Part shown: piece after piece, positions 1 to 8,436 of the stretch
How positions within the stretch are numbered: the stretch's first letter is position 1
Layout: the number at the start of each line of letters is the position of its first letter
Assembly (NCBI GenBank): GCA_944359365.1
Contig: CALVST010000003.1
Location: forward strand, 6,395 to 70,394
Direction: 5' to 3'
Source of the DNA: an uncultured Clostridia bacterium
GTDB lineage: Bacteria > Bacillota > Clostridia > Christensenellales > Borkfalkiaceae
Length of the DNA stretch: 64,000 bases
Translations under genes and position numbers: made by a program
Notes under the pieces: generated by a model
The model's database searches: none
Seen by the model: the letters and a program-made list of their open reading frames with translations, nothing else
What the model was told of the DNA's origin: nothing

Positions 1-720
1 AACTCCGTCGACGCTGTGTCTGACAGGGATTTCGTCGCGGAATATATTTTCTGCTGCTCTACCGTCATGGCGCACCTTTCGCGTTTCTGCGAAGACCTTA
101 TCATCTATTCGACGGACGAATTCGGATTCATCGACATATCCGACGCCTATTCCACGGGCTCTTCCATCATGCCGCAGAAAAAGAACCCCGACATTCCCGA
201 ACTCATCCGCGGCAAAACGGGCAGAGTTTACGGCAGTCTTATGGCGATCCTCACCGTCATCAAGGGCATACCCACTTCTTACAACAAAGACCTGCAGGAA
301 GACAAGGAAGTGCTCTTCAACGCGGAAGAGACCGTCCTCAACTGCCTGTCTATTTTTACCGAACTTTTGCAAAATATCTCTTTCGATACGAGAAAGATGC
401 GCTTTGCGTCGGCGGGCGGTTTTTCTACCGCGACAGACATTGCGGACTATCTCGTGCAGAAAGGCATGGCGTTCCGCGACGCGCACGCCGTTACGGGGCA
501 GATCGTGCGCTACTGCATCGAAAACAACAAGACGCTCGACAAGCTCGACCTGTTCGTGTATCAGAGCTTTTCCTCCCTCTTTGACGAAGAGATCCTCTCG
601 CGCGTGCGCGTGAATAAATCCGTCGAAGCGAGAAAGGTCATCGGCGGCAGCGCAAGGAGCGCCGTGCGCGAAAACATCCGCTCCATTACAAGAAGGCTGA
701 ACAGAATGTTCAAAGAATAA
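1..720 (+). CDS. argH: Argininosuccinate lyase, C-terminal part (gene begins before the window)
   Basis: Frame 1 is open from base 1 (NSVDAVSDRD). Contains the fumarase/lyase signature STGSSIMPQKKNPD, plus YNKDLQEDKE and FRDAHAVTG. Confidence 0.96.
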   Translation, partial: NSVDAVSDRDFVAEYIFCCSTVMAHLSRFCEDLIIYSTDEFGFIDISDAYSTGSSIMPQKKNPDIPELIRGKTGRVYGSLMAILTVIKGIPTSYNKDLQEDKEVLFNAEETVLNCLSIFTELLQNISFDTRKMRFASAGGFSTATDIADYLVQKGMAFRDAHAVTGQIVRYCIENNKTLDKLDLFVYQSFSSLFDEEILSRVRVNKSVEARKVIGGSARSAVRENIRSITRRLNRMFKE

Positions 721-732
721 ACGATCAAAGCG

Positions 733-762
733 AAAGCCCGCGGCAATGCCGCGGGCTTTTTT
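733..762. terminator. Bidirectional intrinsic terminator between convergent argH and the ABC permease
   Basis: aaagcccgcggca-a-tgccgcgggctttttt, a near-perfect hairpin flanked by A and T runs. Confidence 0.85.
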
Positions 763-796
763 CGTGTGCCGCGCCCGTTCGGGCGCGGCATGATTT

Positions 797-1960
797 TCAG
801 CTATTGAAAATAACTTTTTCGCTTTTGAACATTTTCGTGAGCACCCAGACGAGCAGGACGATATACACGAGGTTGCTGCCCAGCGTGATCGCGAGGTTCA
901 CCCAAGAAAACTGCATCGAGAATATTTCCGCCATGACCTGCACGCAATTGTAAACGGGGATCAGGAAAGCGGCGTGCGCGTGCGTCGTAAACAGCATGGT
1001 CGAGATCCCTACGAGCATCACGATGACCATCAGCGGCACGGAAAGGGACGTCGCCTCCTTCACGCTTTTTGCAAAGGAAGATATAATGGATATGAGCGAA
1101 ACGATGATGAGCACCGCCGACAGCATGACGGCGAAAAGCGCGAAATACTGCCCCGCCGAGTAAGACGCAAAGGCACTGCCGATACTTCCGCCGATAAGCT
1201 TCGGCAAAGCCAAAAAGGTGCCTATGAACGAACTGATCGCCGAAAGAGCGGAAAGCACGGAAAGGGACGCGATTTTCCCCATGACAAGCTCACTGCGCTT
1301 TACGGGCGTTACCAAGAGCGTCGCAATGGTGCCGCGCTCCTTTTCCCCCGCGATCGACTCGGGCGCGATGCCCATACATCCGCTGTACAGGAAAGTGAGT
1401 ATCAGAAACGGCAGCAGCATCGCGTAGTACGACGCCTCCGCCTCGGCGGCGCTCACAAGATCCCCTCCGCCCGCAAAATTGACGTCGAACATATTGCTCA
1501 GACTGTTTTCAAGCCCGTCTAGCAGAGAATATACCAAATTGTACGCCGCGGAAGAAGACGCGGAACCCGAATCGTACCACACTTCCACGTTGGGCGCCTG
1601 CCCCACGGGATACGTCTGCCCGCCCGCGAGCGCTTGGTCAAACCCTTCGGGGAATACGATCACGAGGTCGGCGTCTCCGTTTTTCACTTCCGCTTTCGCC
1701 GCGTCCAAGTCGCTCTCCTCTATTTCGGAAAGGAGGATGGCGGCGTCCTCTCCCTCAGGTGCGACGAGCGAGGCAAACGCCTCGGACGGATTGACCACCT
1801 TCGCGGTGTACGTTTCCGACGTGTCCGCAAATACGCTGCCCATAAGCGTATACAGCACAAAAATGAGAAGCCCGGGCAGCAGCAGCGTGCCTATCACAAG
1901 CCGCCTGTCCCTGAAAAAACGCGAAAATTCCTTTTTTATGATCGTCAGAATATTGCTCAT
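797..1960 (-). CDS. ABC-2 type permease, NatB-like (Na+ efflux family)
   Basis: N-terminal TM, extracellular loop, IAGEKERGTIATLLVTPV motif and several C-terminal TMs. Overlaps the ATPase stop codon. Confidence 0.85.
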   Translation of the reverse strand: MSNILTIIKKEFSRFFRDRRLVIGTLLLPGLLIFVLYTLMGSVFADTSETYTAKVVNPSEAFASLVAPEGEDAAILLSEIEESDLDAAKAEVKNGDADLVIVFPEGFDQALAGGQTYPVGQAPNVEVWYDSGSASSSAAYNLVYSLLDGLENSLSNMFDVNFAGGGDLVSAAEAEASYYAMLLPFLILTFLYSGCMGIAPESIAGEKERGTIATLLVTPVKRSELVMGKIASLSVLSALSAISSFIGTFLALPKLIGGSIGSAFASYSAGQYFALFAVMLSAVLIIVSLISIISSFAKSVKEATSLSVPLMVIVMLVGISTMLFTTHAHAAFLIPVYNCVQVMAEIFSMQFSWVNLAITLGSNLVYIVLLVWVLTKMFKSEKVIFNS

Positions 1961-2760
1961 ACGCCCGTCACCGTCCGTTTATAAAGATCGAAAAACGCAT
2001 CTTCGAGCGGCTTTCCGCCCGAAACGTCCGCAAGCGAACCTTCCGCCGCCATGCGCCCGCCGATGATAACGCCGACGCGGTCGCACAGCTTTTCCACAAG
2101 GGAAAATATATGCGTCGAAACGATGATGCTTTTGCCCTGCGCTTTCTGCTCGGAAAGAAAATCCGTAACGACTTTTGCCGTCAGAACGTCCAATCCGTTG
2201 GTCGGCTCGTCGAAGATGATGACGGACGGATCGTGCAGTATGGAGATGGCGATGGAAACTTTCTGTTTCATGCCCGTGGAAAGATCCCCCACTTTCACTT
2301 CCGCAAACTTATCGATGCCGAAGCGCGAGAACAGCTCTCCGCGCCGCTTTTCGAGCGTCTGCTCGTCCATGCCGTGCAGTTTGCCGAAAAAGCCGAAAAG
2401 ATAAGCGGGCGTAAAAAAATCTTCCAATTTCAGTTCGCTCGTCAAAAATCCGATAGACGCGCGGACTTTTTCCGGTTCCTTCACGACGCTGTGCCCCGCA
2501 ATGAAGGCATCGCCCTCGTCGGGGCGGATCAGCGTGGAAAGGATGCGGAGCATCGTCGTTTTGCCCGCGCCGTTCGGGCCGAGCAAGCCGTATATTTCGC
2601 CCTCATACGCGGTGAACGACAGCCCGTCGAGCGCGACTTTTTTGCCCGTTTCACTCTTTTCGAGTTTTCGCTGTTTACGCGAAAGGGTAAATGTTTTTCT
2701 GATCCCTTCCGCGCGGATGATCTCGCGCGGGGCGTCGTTCCCCGCCTGCAACTGCGACAT
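1957..2760 (-). CDS. ABC transporter ATP-binding protein, NatA-like
   Basis: Walker A GPNGAGKTT, signature LSTGMKQ, Walker B IIFDEPTNGLD, H-loop STH. Confidence 0.9.
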   Translation of the reverse strand: MSQLQAGNDAPREIIRAEGIRKTFTLSRKQRKLEKSETGKKVALDGLSFTAYEGEIYGLLGPNGAGKTTMLRILSTLIRPDEGDAFIAGHSVVKEPEKVRASIGFLTSELKLEDFFTPAYLFGFFGKLHGMDEQTLEKRRGELFSRFGIDKFAEVKVGDLSTGMKQKVSIAISILHDPSVIIFDEPTNGLDVLTAKVVTDFLSEQKAQGKSIIVSTHIFSLVEKLCDRVGVIIGGRMAAEGSLADVSGGKPLEDAFFDLYKRTVTGV

Positions 2761-2807
2761 TTTATTCCTCTTTGTTGATTATTGGACGAAAAGCCCTGCC
2801 GTTTTTC

Positions 2808-2837
2808 ATTATACAATAGGCAAAAGCGGCTTGTCAA
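2808..2837 (-). promoter_or_regulatory. SigA-type promoter of the NatAB-like operon
   Basis: Minus strand TTGACA-18 nt-TATAAT. Confidence 0.7.
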
Positions 2838-2942
2838 CCGAAACACACGGCAGAGGCACCGCCTTTACAGCGCCTTGAAAAGGACATATGAAGGCGCACG
2901 GCGTTTGACCTTCATAACAAATCATTAATTGACCATAATTCT

Positions 2943-2971
2943 ATTATATGGCGTATCAGTCAAGTAGTCAA
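2943..2971 (-). promoter_or_regulatory. SigA-type promoter divergent from the XRE gene
   Basis: Minus strand TTGACT-17 nt-TATAAT, overlapping a direct repeat AGTCAAG (2958-2964, 2966-2972). Confidence 0.65.
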
Positions 2972-2997
2972 GCATTTTTTTCATTTAAACTATAAGT

Positions 2998-3213
2998 ATG
3001 AAATTTGAAGAGTTCGGCATAAATTTAGCAAGGATAAGAATGAAAGCGAATTTATCAGCTTATGAATTAAGTTTAAGAATAGGTAAAGACGCAAGTTATG
3101 TCCATAAAGTAGAAAACGGGAAAATCAATATAAGTTTGAAAATGATATTAAAAATTTGCGAAGTTTTAAAAATTGAACCTGCGGAACTTTTTCATTCCGC
3201 GCAAAACAAGTAA
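2998..3213 (+). CDS. Small XRE/Cro-C1 family helix-turn-helix regulator (AT-rich, probably leaderless)
   Basis: 71 aa with HTH_3 pattern LSAYELSLRIGKDASYVHKVENGKINISL. Much more AT-rich than its neighbours. Confidence 0.85.
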   Translation: MKFEEFGINLARIRMKANLSAYELSLRIGKDASYVHKVENGKINISLKMILKICEVLKIEPAELFHSAQNK

Positions 3214-3223
3214 AATCCGTATC

Positions 3224-3265
3224 AAAAAAAGACCTGAGTCGAATAAATTCGGCTCAGGTCTTTTT
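3224..3265. terminator. Bidirectional terminator between the XRE gene and tRNA-Ser
   Basis: aaaaaaagacctgagtcgaa-taaa-ttcggctcaggtcttttt hairpin. Confidence 0.85.
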
Positions 3266-3355
3266 GGCGCAGAAGGCGGGATTTGAACCCGCGCTACGGT
3301 TTCCCGTACTACTCCCTTAGCAGGGGAGCCCCTTGAGCCACTTGGGTACTTCTGC
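3265..3355 (-). tRNA. tRNA-Ser, anticodon GCT
   Basis: Reverse complement GCAGAAG...CTTCTGC-G-CCA acceptor stem, anticodon arm CTCCC-CTGCTAA-GGGAG, long variable arm, T-loop GGTTCAAATCC and encoded CCA. Confidence 0.97.
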
Positions 3356-3398
3356 ACTTTCGGCTCCGCGCATATCTTTTCCTTGACAACGCTATAAT

Positions 3399-3427
3399 AT
3401 AATAGCATATCCTGCGGGGATTGTCAA
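3399..3427 (-). promoter_or_regulatory. SigA promoter of tRNA-Ser
   Basis: Minus strand TTGACA-17 nt-TATTAT with extended TG. Confidence 0.7.
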
Positions 3428-3542
3428 AGTTAATTTCGACTTTTTACAAAAAACTTTTTGTTTTTTTGCCCAATTTTTTTCGGATAAGTATTGCGCAACG
3501 CGCATTCTTGTGTTAGAATAAAAGAAAAAGCAGGTAGTTACG

Positions 3543-4082
3543 ATGAATATTTGGCACGATATTGCGGAAGAACGCATAAAAACCGACGATTTTATGTGTT
3601 ATATCGAGATCCAAAAGGGTTCCAAGAGTAAATACGAGCTGGATAAGGCCACCGGAGTGCTCAAATTGGACAGAGTTTTGTACACTTCCACCGTATATCC
3701 TGCAAGTTACGGCTTTATTCCGCGCACGCTCGCCGACGACGGCGATCCGCTCGACGTGCTCGTTCTGTGCAGCGAACCTATCTTGCCCGCGACGCTCGTG
3801 CAATGCTATCCTATAGGCGTAATAAACATGATGGACGACGGCAAGCCCGACGAAAAAATCATCGCCATCCCCTTCCGCGAGCCGACCTACAACATCTATA
3901 CAGACCTCGGTCAGCTCCCCCGCCATATCTTCGAAGAAATGCACCATTTTTTTGAAGTTTACAAGGCGCTCGAGCACAAAACGACCGCCGTGCGGGAGAT
4001 CATGGGCAAAGACAGCGCCGTTGCCATCATCGAAAAGAGCATCGCCAACTACAAAAAAATGATCGGGAGTACAAATATATGA
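3543..4082 (+). CDS. ppa: Family I inorganic pyrophosphatase
   Basis: [26 protein letters not shown] signature and DEKIIA. Confidence 0.95.
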   Translation: MNIWHDIAEERIKTDDFMCYIEIQKGSKSKYELDKATGVLKLDRVLYTSTVYPASYGFIPRTLADDGDPLDVLVLCSEPILPATLVQCYPIGVINMMDDGKPDEKIIAIPFREPTYNIYTDLGQLPRHIFEEMHHFFEVYKALEHKTTAVREIMGKDSAVAIIEKSIANYKKMIGSTNI

Positions 4083-4687
4083 AAATTCTTTTTCTCGGAG
4101 ATTCCATTACCGACGCCGGCCGCGACAGGTCTGACGATACAAGTTTGGGCAACGGGTACGTTTCCCTGCTCACGGAAAAGCTGCGCCCTCTCTATGAGGA
4201 CAGGCAGTTCACCATTCTGAACAGGGGAGTTTCCGGCGACCGCGTTTTCGATATAGCGGCGCGGCTGGAAAAAGACTGCCTTTCGGAAAAAGCGGACGCG
4301 GTCGTCCTTTTCGTGGGCGTGAACGACGTATGGCACAAGTACACCGAAGGCACCCAATTCGACGCGCAGGCGTTTGCCGAATGTTACGGCTCCGTTGCCG
4401 AAAAAATCAAAAATTCGGGCGCGAAGCTCATCGTTTGCGAGCCTTTCCTGCTGGACGTGCCCGACAAAAAGCGTATGCGGCGGGAAATGGATACGGTGAT
4501 AAAAGCCGTCAAAGATGCGGCGGACAAATATGCGGACGCCTACATAGCCTTTGACGAAATATTTGCGGGCGTTTCGGAAGCTTCGGGCGTTGCGGCGTAC
4601 TCTGCCGACGGCATACACCCCACCCACCGTGCGGCGCGGCTCATTGCGGACAACATCATCAAAAAGCTGCGCCCTTTCATCGCATGA
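4079..4687 (+). CDS. SGNH/GDSL hydrolase
   Basis: FLGDSIT, NRGVSG, GVND and DGIHP blocks. Confidence 0.92.
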   Translation: MKILFLGDSITDAGRDRSDDTSLGNGYVSLLTEKLRPLYEDRQFTILNRGVSGDRVFDIAARLEKDCLSEKADAVVLFVGVNDVWHKYTEGTQFDAQAFAECYGSVAEKIKNSGAKLIVCEPFLLDVPDKKRMRREMDTVIKAVKDAADKYADAYIAFDEIFAGVSEASGVAAYSADGIHPTHRAARLIADNIIKKLRPFIA

Positions 4688-5205
4688 ACGGCGCAAAGAG
4701 GCGGCTCGTAGCCGTCATAGATATGCAAAACGACTTTATAGACGGCGCGCTCGGCACGCGAGAGGCGCAGGGCATCGTCGAAAATGTGCGCGAACGCATC
4801 CAAGCCGCGCACGCCGCGGGCGAAGAGCTCGTTTACACCCGCGACACCCACGGCGAAGATTACCTTTCCCTCCAAGAAGGAAAAAATCTGCCCGTACCCC
4901 ACTGCATAAAGGGCGGCTTCGGTTGGCAGATATCCGAGCGCATACCCGTATACGGAGAAGTGATCGACAAGCCGACCTTCGGCAGTACGGTGCTTGCCGA
5001 AAAGATAAAAAGCGGCGGTTATGAAAGCGTAGAGTTTGTCGGGCTGTGTACGGATATATGCGTGATATCCAACGCACTGCTCGCAAAAGCGTTCAGCCCG
5101 GAAACAAAAATATTTGTACGGGCAGACTGCTGCGCGGGCGTAACGCCCCAAAGCCATGAAACGGCGCTCTCCGCCATGCGCGCCTGCCAGATCGAGATAA
5201 TATGA
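4684..5205 (+). CDS. Isochorismatase/nicotinamidase-family cysteine hydrolase
   Basis: IDMQNDF, DTH, HC, DKPTFGS and GLCTDICV motifs. Confidence 0.9.
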   Translation: MNGAKRRLVAVIDMQNDFIDGALGTREAQGIVENVRERIQAAHAAGEELVYTRDTHGEDYLSLQEGKNLPVPHCIKGGFGWQISERIPVYGEVIDKPTFGSTVLAEKIKSGGYESVEFVGLCTDICVISNALLAKAFSPETKIFVRADCCAGVTPQSHETALSAMRACQIEII

Positions 5206-5221
5206 TCCAATTCAGATACGG

Positions 5222-5253
5222 GCGCCCCCGCAAAATTGCGGGGGCGCATTTTT
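5222..5253. terminator. Terminator between convergent operons
   Basis: gcgcccccgcaa-aa-ttgcgggggcgc followed by a T run. Confidence 0.8.
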
Positions 5254-5821
5254 ATATCATGTATAAGACCGCGCCGAGAACGGCAGCCGTCAGAATGAGC
5301 ACGATGGGCGACGCGGAACGCTTGAAACACTTTTTCAAAACGATCATTTCCGCCACGAGCCCAACCGCAATGACGAGCGCGCGCCAATCGAAGCCGAACG
5401 AACCGCCTTCGCCCGTAAGGAACAAAAGCTGTACCGCCATCCATAGCCCCGTGGCGCAGATAAGCCCCACGATGACGCCGCGAATGCCTACGAGCGCGCC
5501 CTGCACCACCCTGTTTTTGAGGAAGGTGCGGAACACCGCCGCTATGATGAGGATGATGATAAAGGAAGGCAAAACCACGCCGACGGTGGCGCACAGCGCG
5601 CCGAGTATCCCCGCCTGCGAAGAACCGATGAACGTTGCCAAATTGACCGCGATCGGTCCCGGCGTAGACTCGGCAACGCCGATGAAATTCATCAATTCGC
5701 TTTCCGTGAGCCAGCCGCGCGAGATCACCTCGTCCTCTACCATGGGGAGCATACTGTATCCGCCGCCGAAGGATACCGCGCCGATTTTCAGAAAAATGAG
5801 GAAGAGCCTTAAACAGGTCAT
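5252..5821 (-). CDS. Short-chain chromate transporter (ChrA family), subunit 2
   Basis: FGGGY and ESTPGPIAVN motifs; hydrophobic. Confidence 0.92.
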   Translation of the reverse strand: MTCLRLFLIFLKIGAVSFGGGYSMLPMVEDEVISRGWLTESELMNFIGVAESTPGPIAVNLATFIGSSQAGILGALCATVGVVLPSFIIILIIAAVFRTFLKNRVVQGALVGIRGVIVGLICATGLWMAVQLLFLTGEGGSFGFDWRALVIAVGLVAEMIVLKKCFKRSASPIVLILTAAVLGAVLYMI

Positions 5822-6549
5822 CTCTTTTCCTCCTCATTTTCGCTACAAATCTCTTCGCCGTCGGTTTTACCCTCTTCTTCGCCCGCAATTTCCTTCTCTT
5901 CGCCGACATTGCCGGTTGATTCCTTTTCGGCAAGGGAAGAGGCATGCGCGCGCTTTTTATGCCCACTTATTCTGCCCGCAAAGTACGCGGCAAGCCCTAT
6001 GCCCGCGCCGATCAATATCAGCCATATAGACGAAAAGGAGAGCGCGAACACGTCGAGAAGAATCATTGTTATAAATACAAGCGCCGCCATGACGACGGTA
6101 ACGGGCTTTTTTTCCATTTCCCGGAACATTTTGATGCCCGCGGAAAGGATGAGCACGGCGACCGCCACCTGTATCCCCTTGAACGCGGCGGCAACGACGG
6201 CAAGCCGCAAAAACTGCTCCAAAAAGAGGGAAATGATATAGATGATGAAAAAAGAAGGTATGACCACCCCGACGGTCGCAGCCAGCGCGCCCCAAAAGCC
6301 GCCTATTTTATACCCCACATAGGTAGCACTGTTGATGGCGAGCGGTCCCGGCGTAGATTCGGAAATGGCGATCATGTCGGTAAATTCGGGCGCCGATATC
6401 CACTTGCGTTTTTCTATAAACTCCCGACGTATCAGGCTGATCATCGCATATCCGCCGCCGAAGGTGAACAGCCCTATCTTCAAGAACAACGCAAAAAGCA
6501 GAAGGATATTTTTCAGTTTTTGCCTTTTGCCCGATTTTTCCTCAGTCAT
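5818..6549 (-). CDS. Short-chain chromate transporter (ChrA family), subunit 1, with acidic tail
   Basis: FTFGGGY and ESTPGPLAIN motifs; ATGA overlap with subunit 2. Confidence 0.92.
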   Translation of the reverse strand: MTEEKSGKRQKLKNILLLFALFLKIGLFTFGGGYAMISLIRREFIEKRKWISAPEFTDMIAISESTPGPLAINSATYVGYKIGGFWGALAATVGVVIPSFFIIYIISLFLEQFLRLAVVAAAFKGIQVAVAVLILSAGIKMFREMEKKPVTVVMAALVFITMILLDVFALSFSSIWLILIGAGIGLAAYFAGRISGHKKRAHASSLAEKESTGNVGEEKEIAGEEEGKTDGEEICSENEEEKR

Positions 6550-6588
6550 AAAACCGTCCCAAACTTGTGAAAACGTTTGCCCCCCGCT

Positions 6589-7509
6589 TTACGGCAGGAT
6601 ATGCCCCGCGGCAATGTAAATTTTATACCACTCTTCGCGCGTTATCGTAACGTCAGCGCCCTTCGCGATGGCAGCAAGCCTCTTTTCCTTCATGGTGCCC
6701 GTGATCATCTGCATATTCGCAGGGTGGCGCAGTATCCACGCGGCGACGACCGCCACGTCCTCTATGCCGTACTTTTCCCCTATCTCCCCGATGACTTTGT
6801 TCAGCTCGGGGAATTTTTCGCTGCCGAGATACACGCCTTCAAAAAATCCGTACTGATAGGGCGACCATGCCTGAATGGTCATGCCGTGCAGGCGGCAGTA
6901 ATCGACGATATACCCGTCGCGCGAAACGCCGCCGTCCGTTACCATGTTCGCCTCGATGCCGCAGGATATCATGGAAGCGTGCGCGGGAGAAAATTGCAGC
7001 TGATTAAAAAGCAGCGGCTGTTTTACCGCGCTTTTCAACAGCTCTATCTGCATGGGATGCATATTCGAAACGCCGAAATAGCGCACTTTGCCCGCCCTTT
7101 CCAATTTATTGAAGGCGGAGGCGACCTCTTCCGGCTCGACGAGCGCGTCGGGGCGGTGCAGAAGAAGGCTGTCCACATGATCGGTGCCGAGCCGTTTCAA
7201 AGAACCTTCCACGCTCTCGACGATGTGCTTTTCGGAAAAATCGAACATCCTTCCGGGCACGATGCCGCACTTCGTCTGCAAAAACATCTTTTCGCGCGGG
7301 ATATGCAGTTCCTTCACCGCCTCGCCGAACATGGTTTCACATTCGCCGCGTCCGTAAATATCCGCATGGTCGAAAAAGTAAAGCCCCATATCCATGGCGC
7401 GGGAAATGAAACTCTTGCGCGCCTCTTTTTCCAACCCGTTCAGCCGCATACAGCCGACCGCGAATGCGGGCACGCGCACGCCCGCGGCGCCCAACGATAC
7501 CTCTTTCAT
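6589..7509 (-). CDS. Aldo/keto reductase
   Basis: FFDHADIYG, LQTKCG, LLLHRPD, FGVSN and QAWSP motifs. Confidence 0.93.
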   Translation of the reverse strand: MKEVSLGAAGVRVPAFAVGCMRLNGLEKEARKSFISRAMDMGLYFFDHADIYGRGECETMFGEAVKELHIPREKMFLQTKCGIVPGRMFDFSEKHIVESVEGSLKRLGTDHVDSLLLHRPDALVEPEEVASAFNKLERAGKVRYFGVSNMHPMQIELLKSAVKQPLLFNQLQFSPAHASMISCGIEANMVTDGGVSRDGYIVDYCRLHGMTIQAWSPYQYGFFEGVYLGSEKFPELNKVIGEIGEKYGIEDVAVVAAWILRHPANMQMITGTMKEKRLAAIAKGADVTITREEWYKIYIAAGHILP

Positions 7510-7618
7510 AAAAAACTCTCCTTTGCTTTTTTATCCATTATAACAGTTTTGCGCCCGCGCCGCAACCGAATCGGCGATACTTGCCGTGCATCGCCCGCAA
7601 AATTTTTGTTAAAACAAA

Positions 7619-7647
7619 TTGACAGTACCCGCCGATTATGGTACCAT
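7619..7647 (+). promoter_or_regulatory. SigA promoter of the ABC exporter operon
   Basis: TTGACA-17 nt-TACCAT with extended TG. Confidence 0.6.
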
Positions 7648-7686
7648 GGAAAGGAGCGGAACACCTTCCGCAAAAAAGGAGAAATT

Positions 7687-8436
7687 ATGCCGCAGGACAT
7701 TGTAAAACAGCAGGCTGTATTGGAAATAAAACACTTTTCCAAGAGTTATTCCAAAACAAAACGCGCGGTAGACGATCTTTCACTCGAAGTTTCGGCGGGC
7801 GACATTTTCGGGTTTATCGGGCAGAACGGCGCGGGAAAAACGACGACGCTGCGCGCGGTAACGGGCGTGATGGACTTCACCGAAGGAGAAATTTTCATCG
7901 CAGGGAGATCCGTCAAGGCGGATCCCGTCGCATGCAAATCGGTCACGGCGTACATTCCCGACAACCCCGACCTTTACGATTTTCTGACGGGCGTGCAGTA
8001 CCTCAACTACATAGCCGACATTTTCGGCGTTACCCAGGCGGACAGGAAAGAGCGGATCGAAAAATATGCCGACATGTTCCGCATACGCGGCGACCTCGGC
8101 TCGCTCATCGGCTCGTATTCGCACGGCATGAAACAGAAACTCGCCGTCATCGGCGCACTGCTGCACGAGCCGAAACTCTTCGTTTTAGACGAACCTTTCG
8201 TGGGGCTGGACCCCGAAGCGGCGTTCCGCCTGAAAGAGGTCTTCAAAGAAATGTGCTCGAAGGGCAGCGCCATCTTCTTTTCCACGCACGTTCTCGACGT
8301 AGCCGAAAAGCTGTGCAATAAAATCGCCATCATAAAGGGCGGAAAGCTCGTCGCGTGCGGCGATATAGAAACGGTGCGCGGAGACGAGAGCCTCGAATCG
8401 GTGTTCATGGAGGTCCTCGAAAAAAATGAAGGCTAA
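7687..8436 (+). CDS. ABC transporter ATP-binding protein
   Basis: Start reassigned to ATG 7687 after SD AAGGAG. Contains GQNGAGKTT, YSHGMKQ and LDEPFVGLD. Confidence 0.92.
   Translation: MPQDIVKQQAVLEIKHFSKSYSKTKRAVDDLSLEVSAGDIFGFIGQNGAGKTTTLRAVTGVMDFTEGEIFIAGRSVKADPVACKSVTAYIPDNPDLYDFLTGVQYLNYIADIFGVTQADRKERIEKYADMFRIRGDLGSLIGSYSHGMKQKLAVIGALLHEPKLFVLDEPFVGLDPEAAFRLKEVFKEMCSKGSAIFFSTHVLDVAEKLCNKIAIIKGGKLVACGDIETVRGDESLESVFMEVLEKNEG

Noticed and set aside
5252-6549. Duplicated chromate transporter genes as a novelty
   Set aside because: Short-chain ChrA proteins are normally encoded as adjacent pairs.
6577-7686. N-terminal 370 aa of the listed 619-aa ORF
   Set aside because: Antisense to the aldo/keto reductase. 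The real ABC ATPase starts at 7687 with its own promoter and SD.
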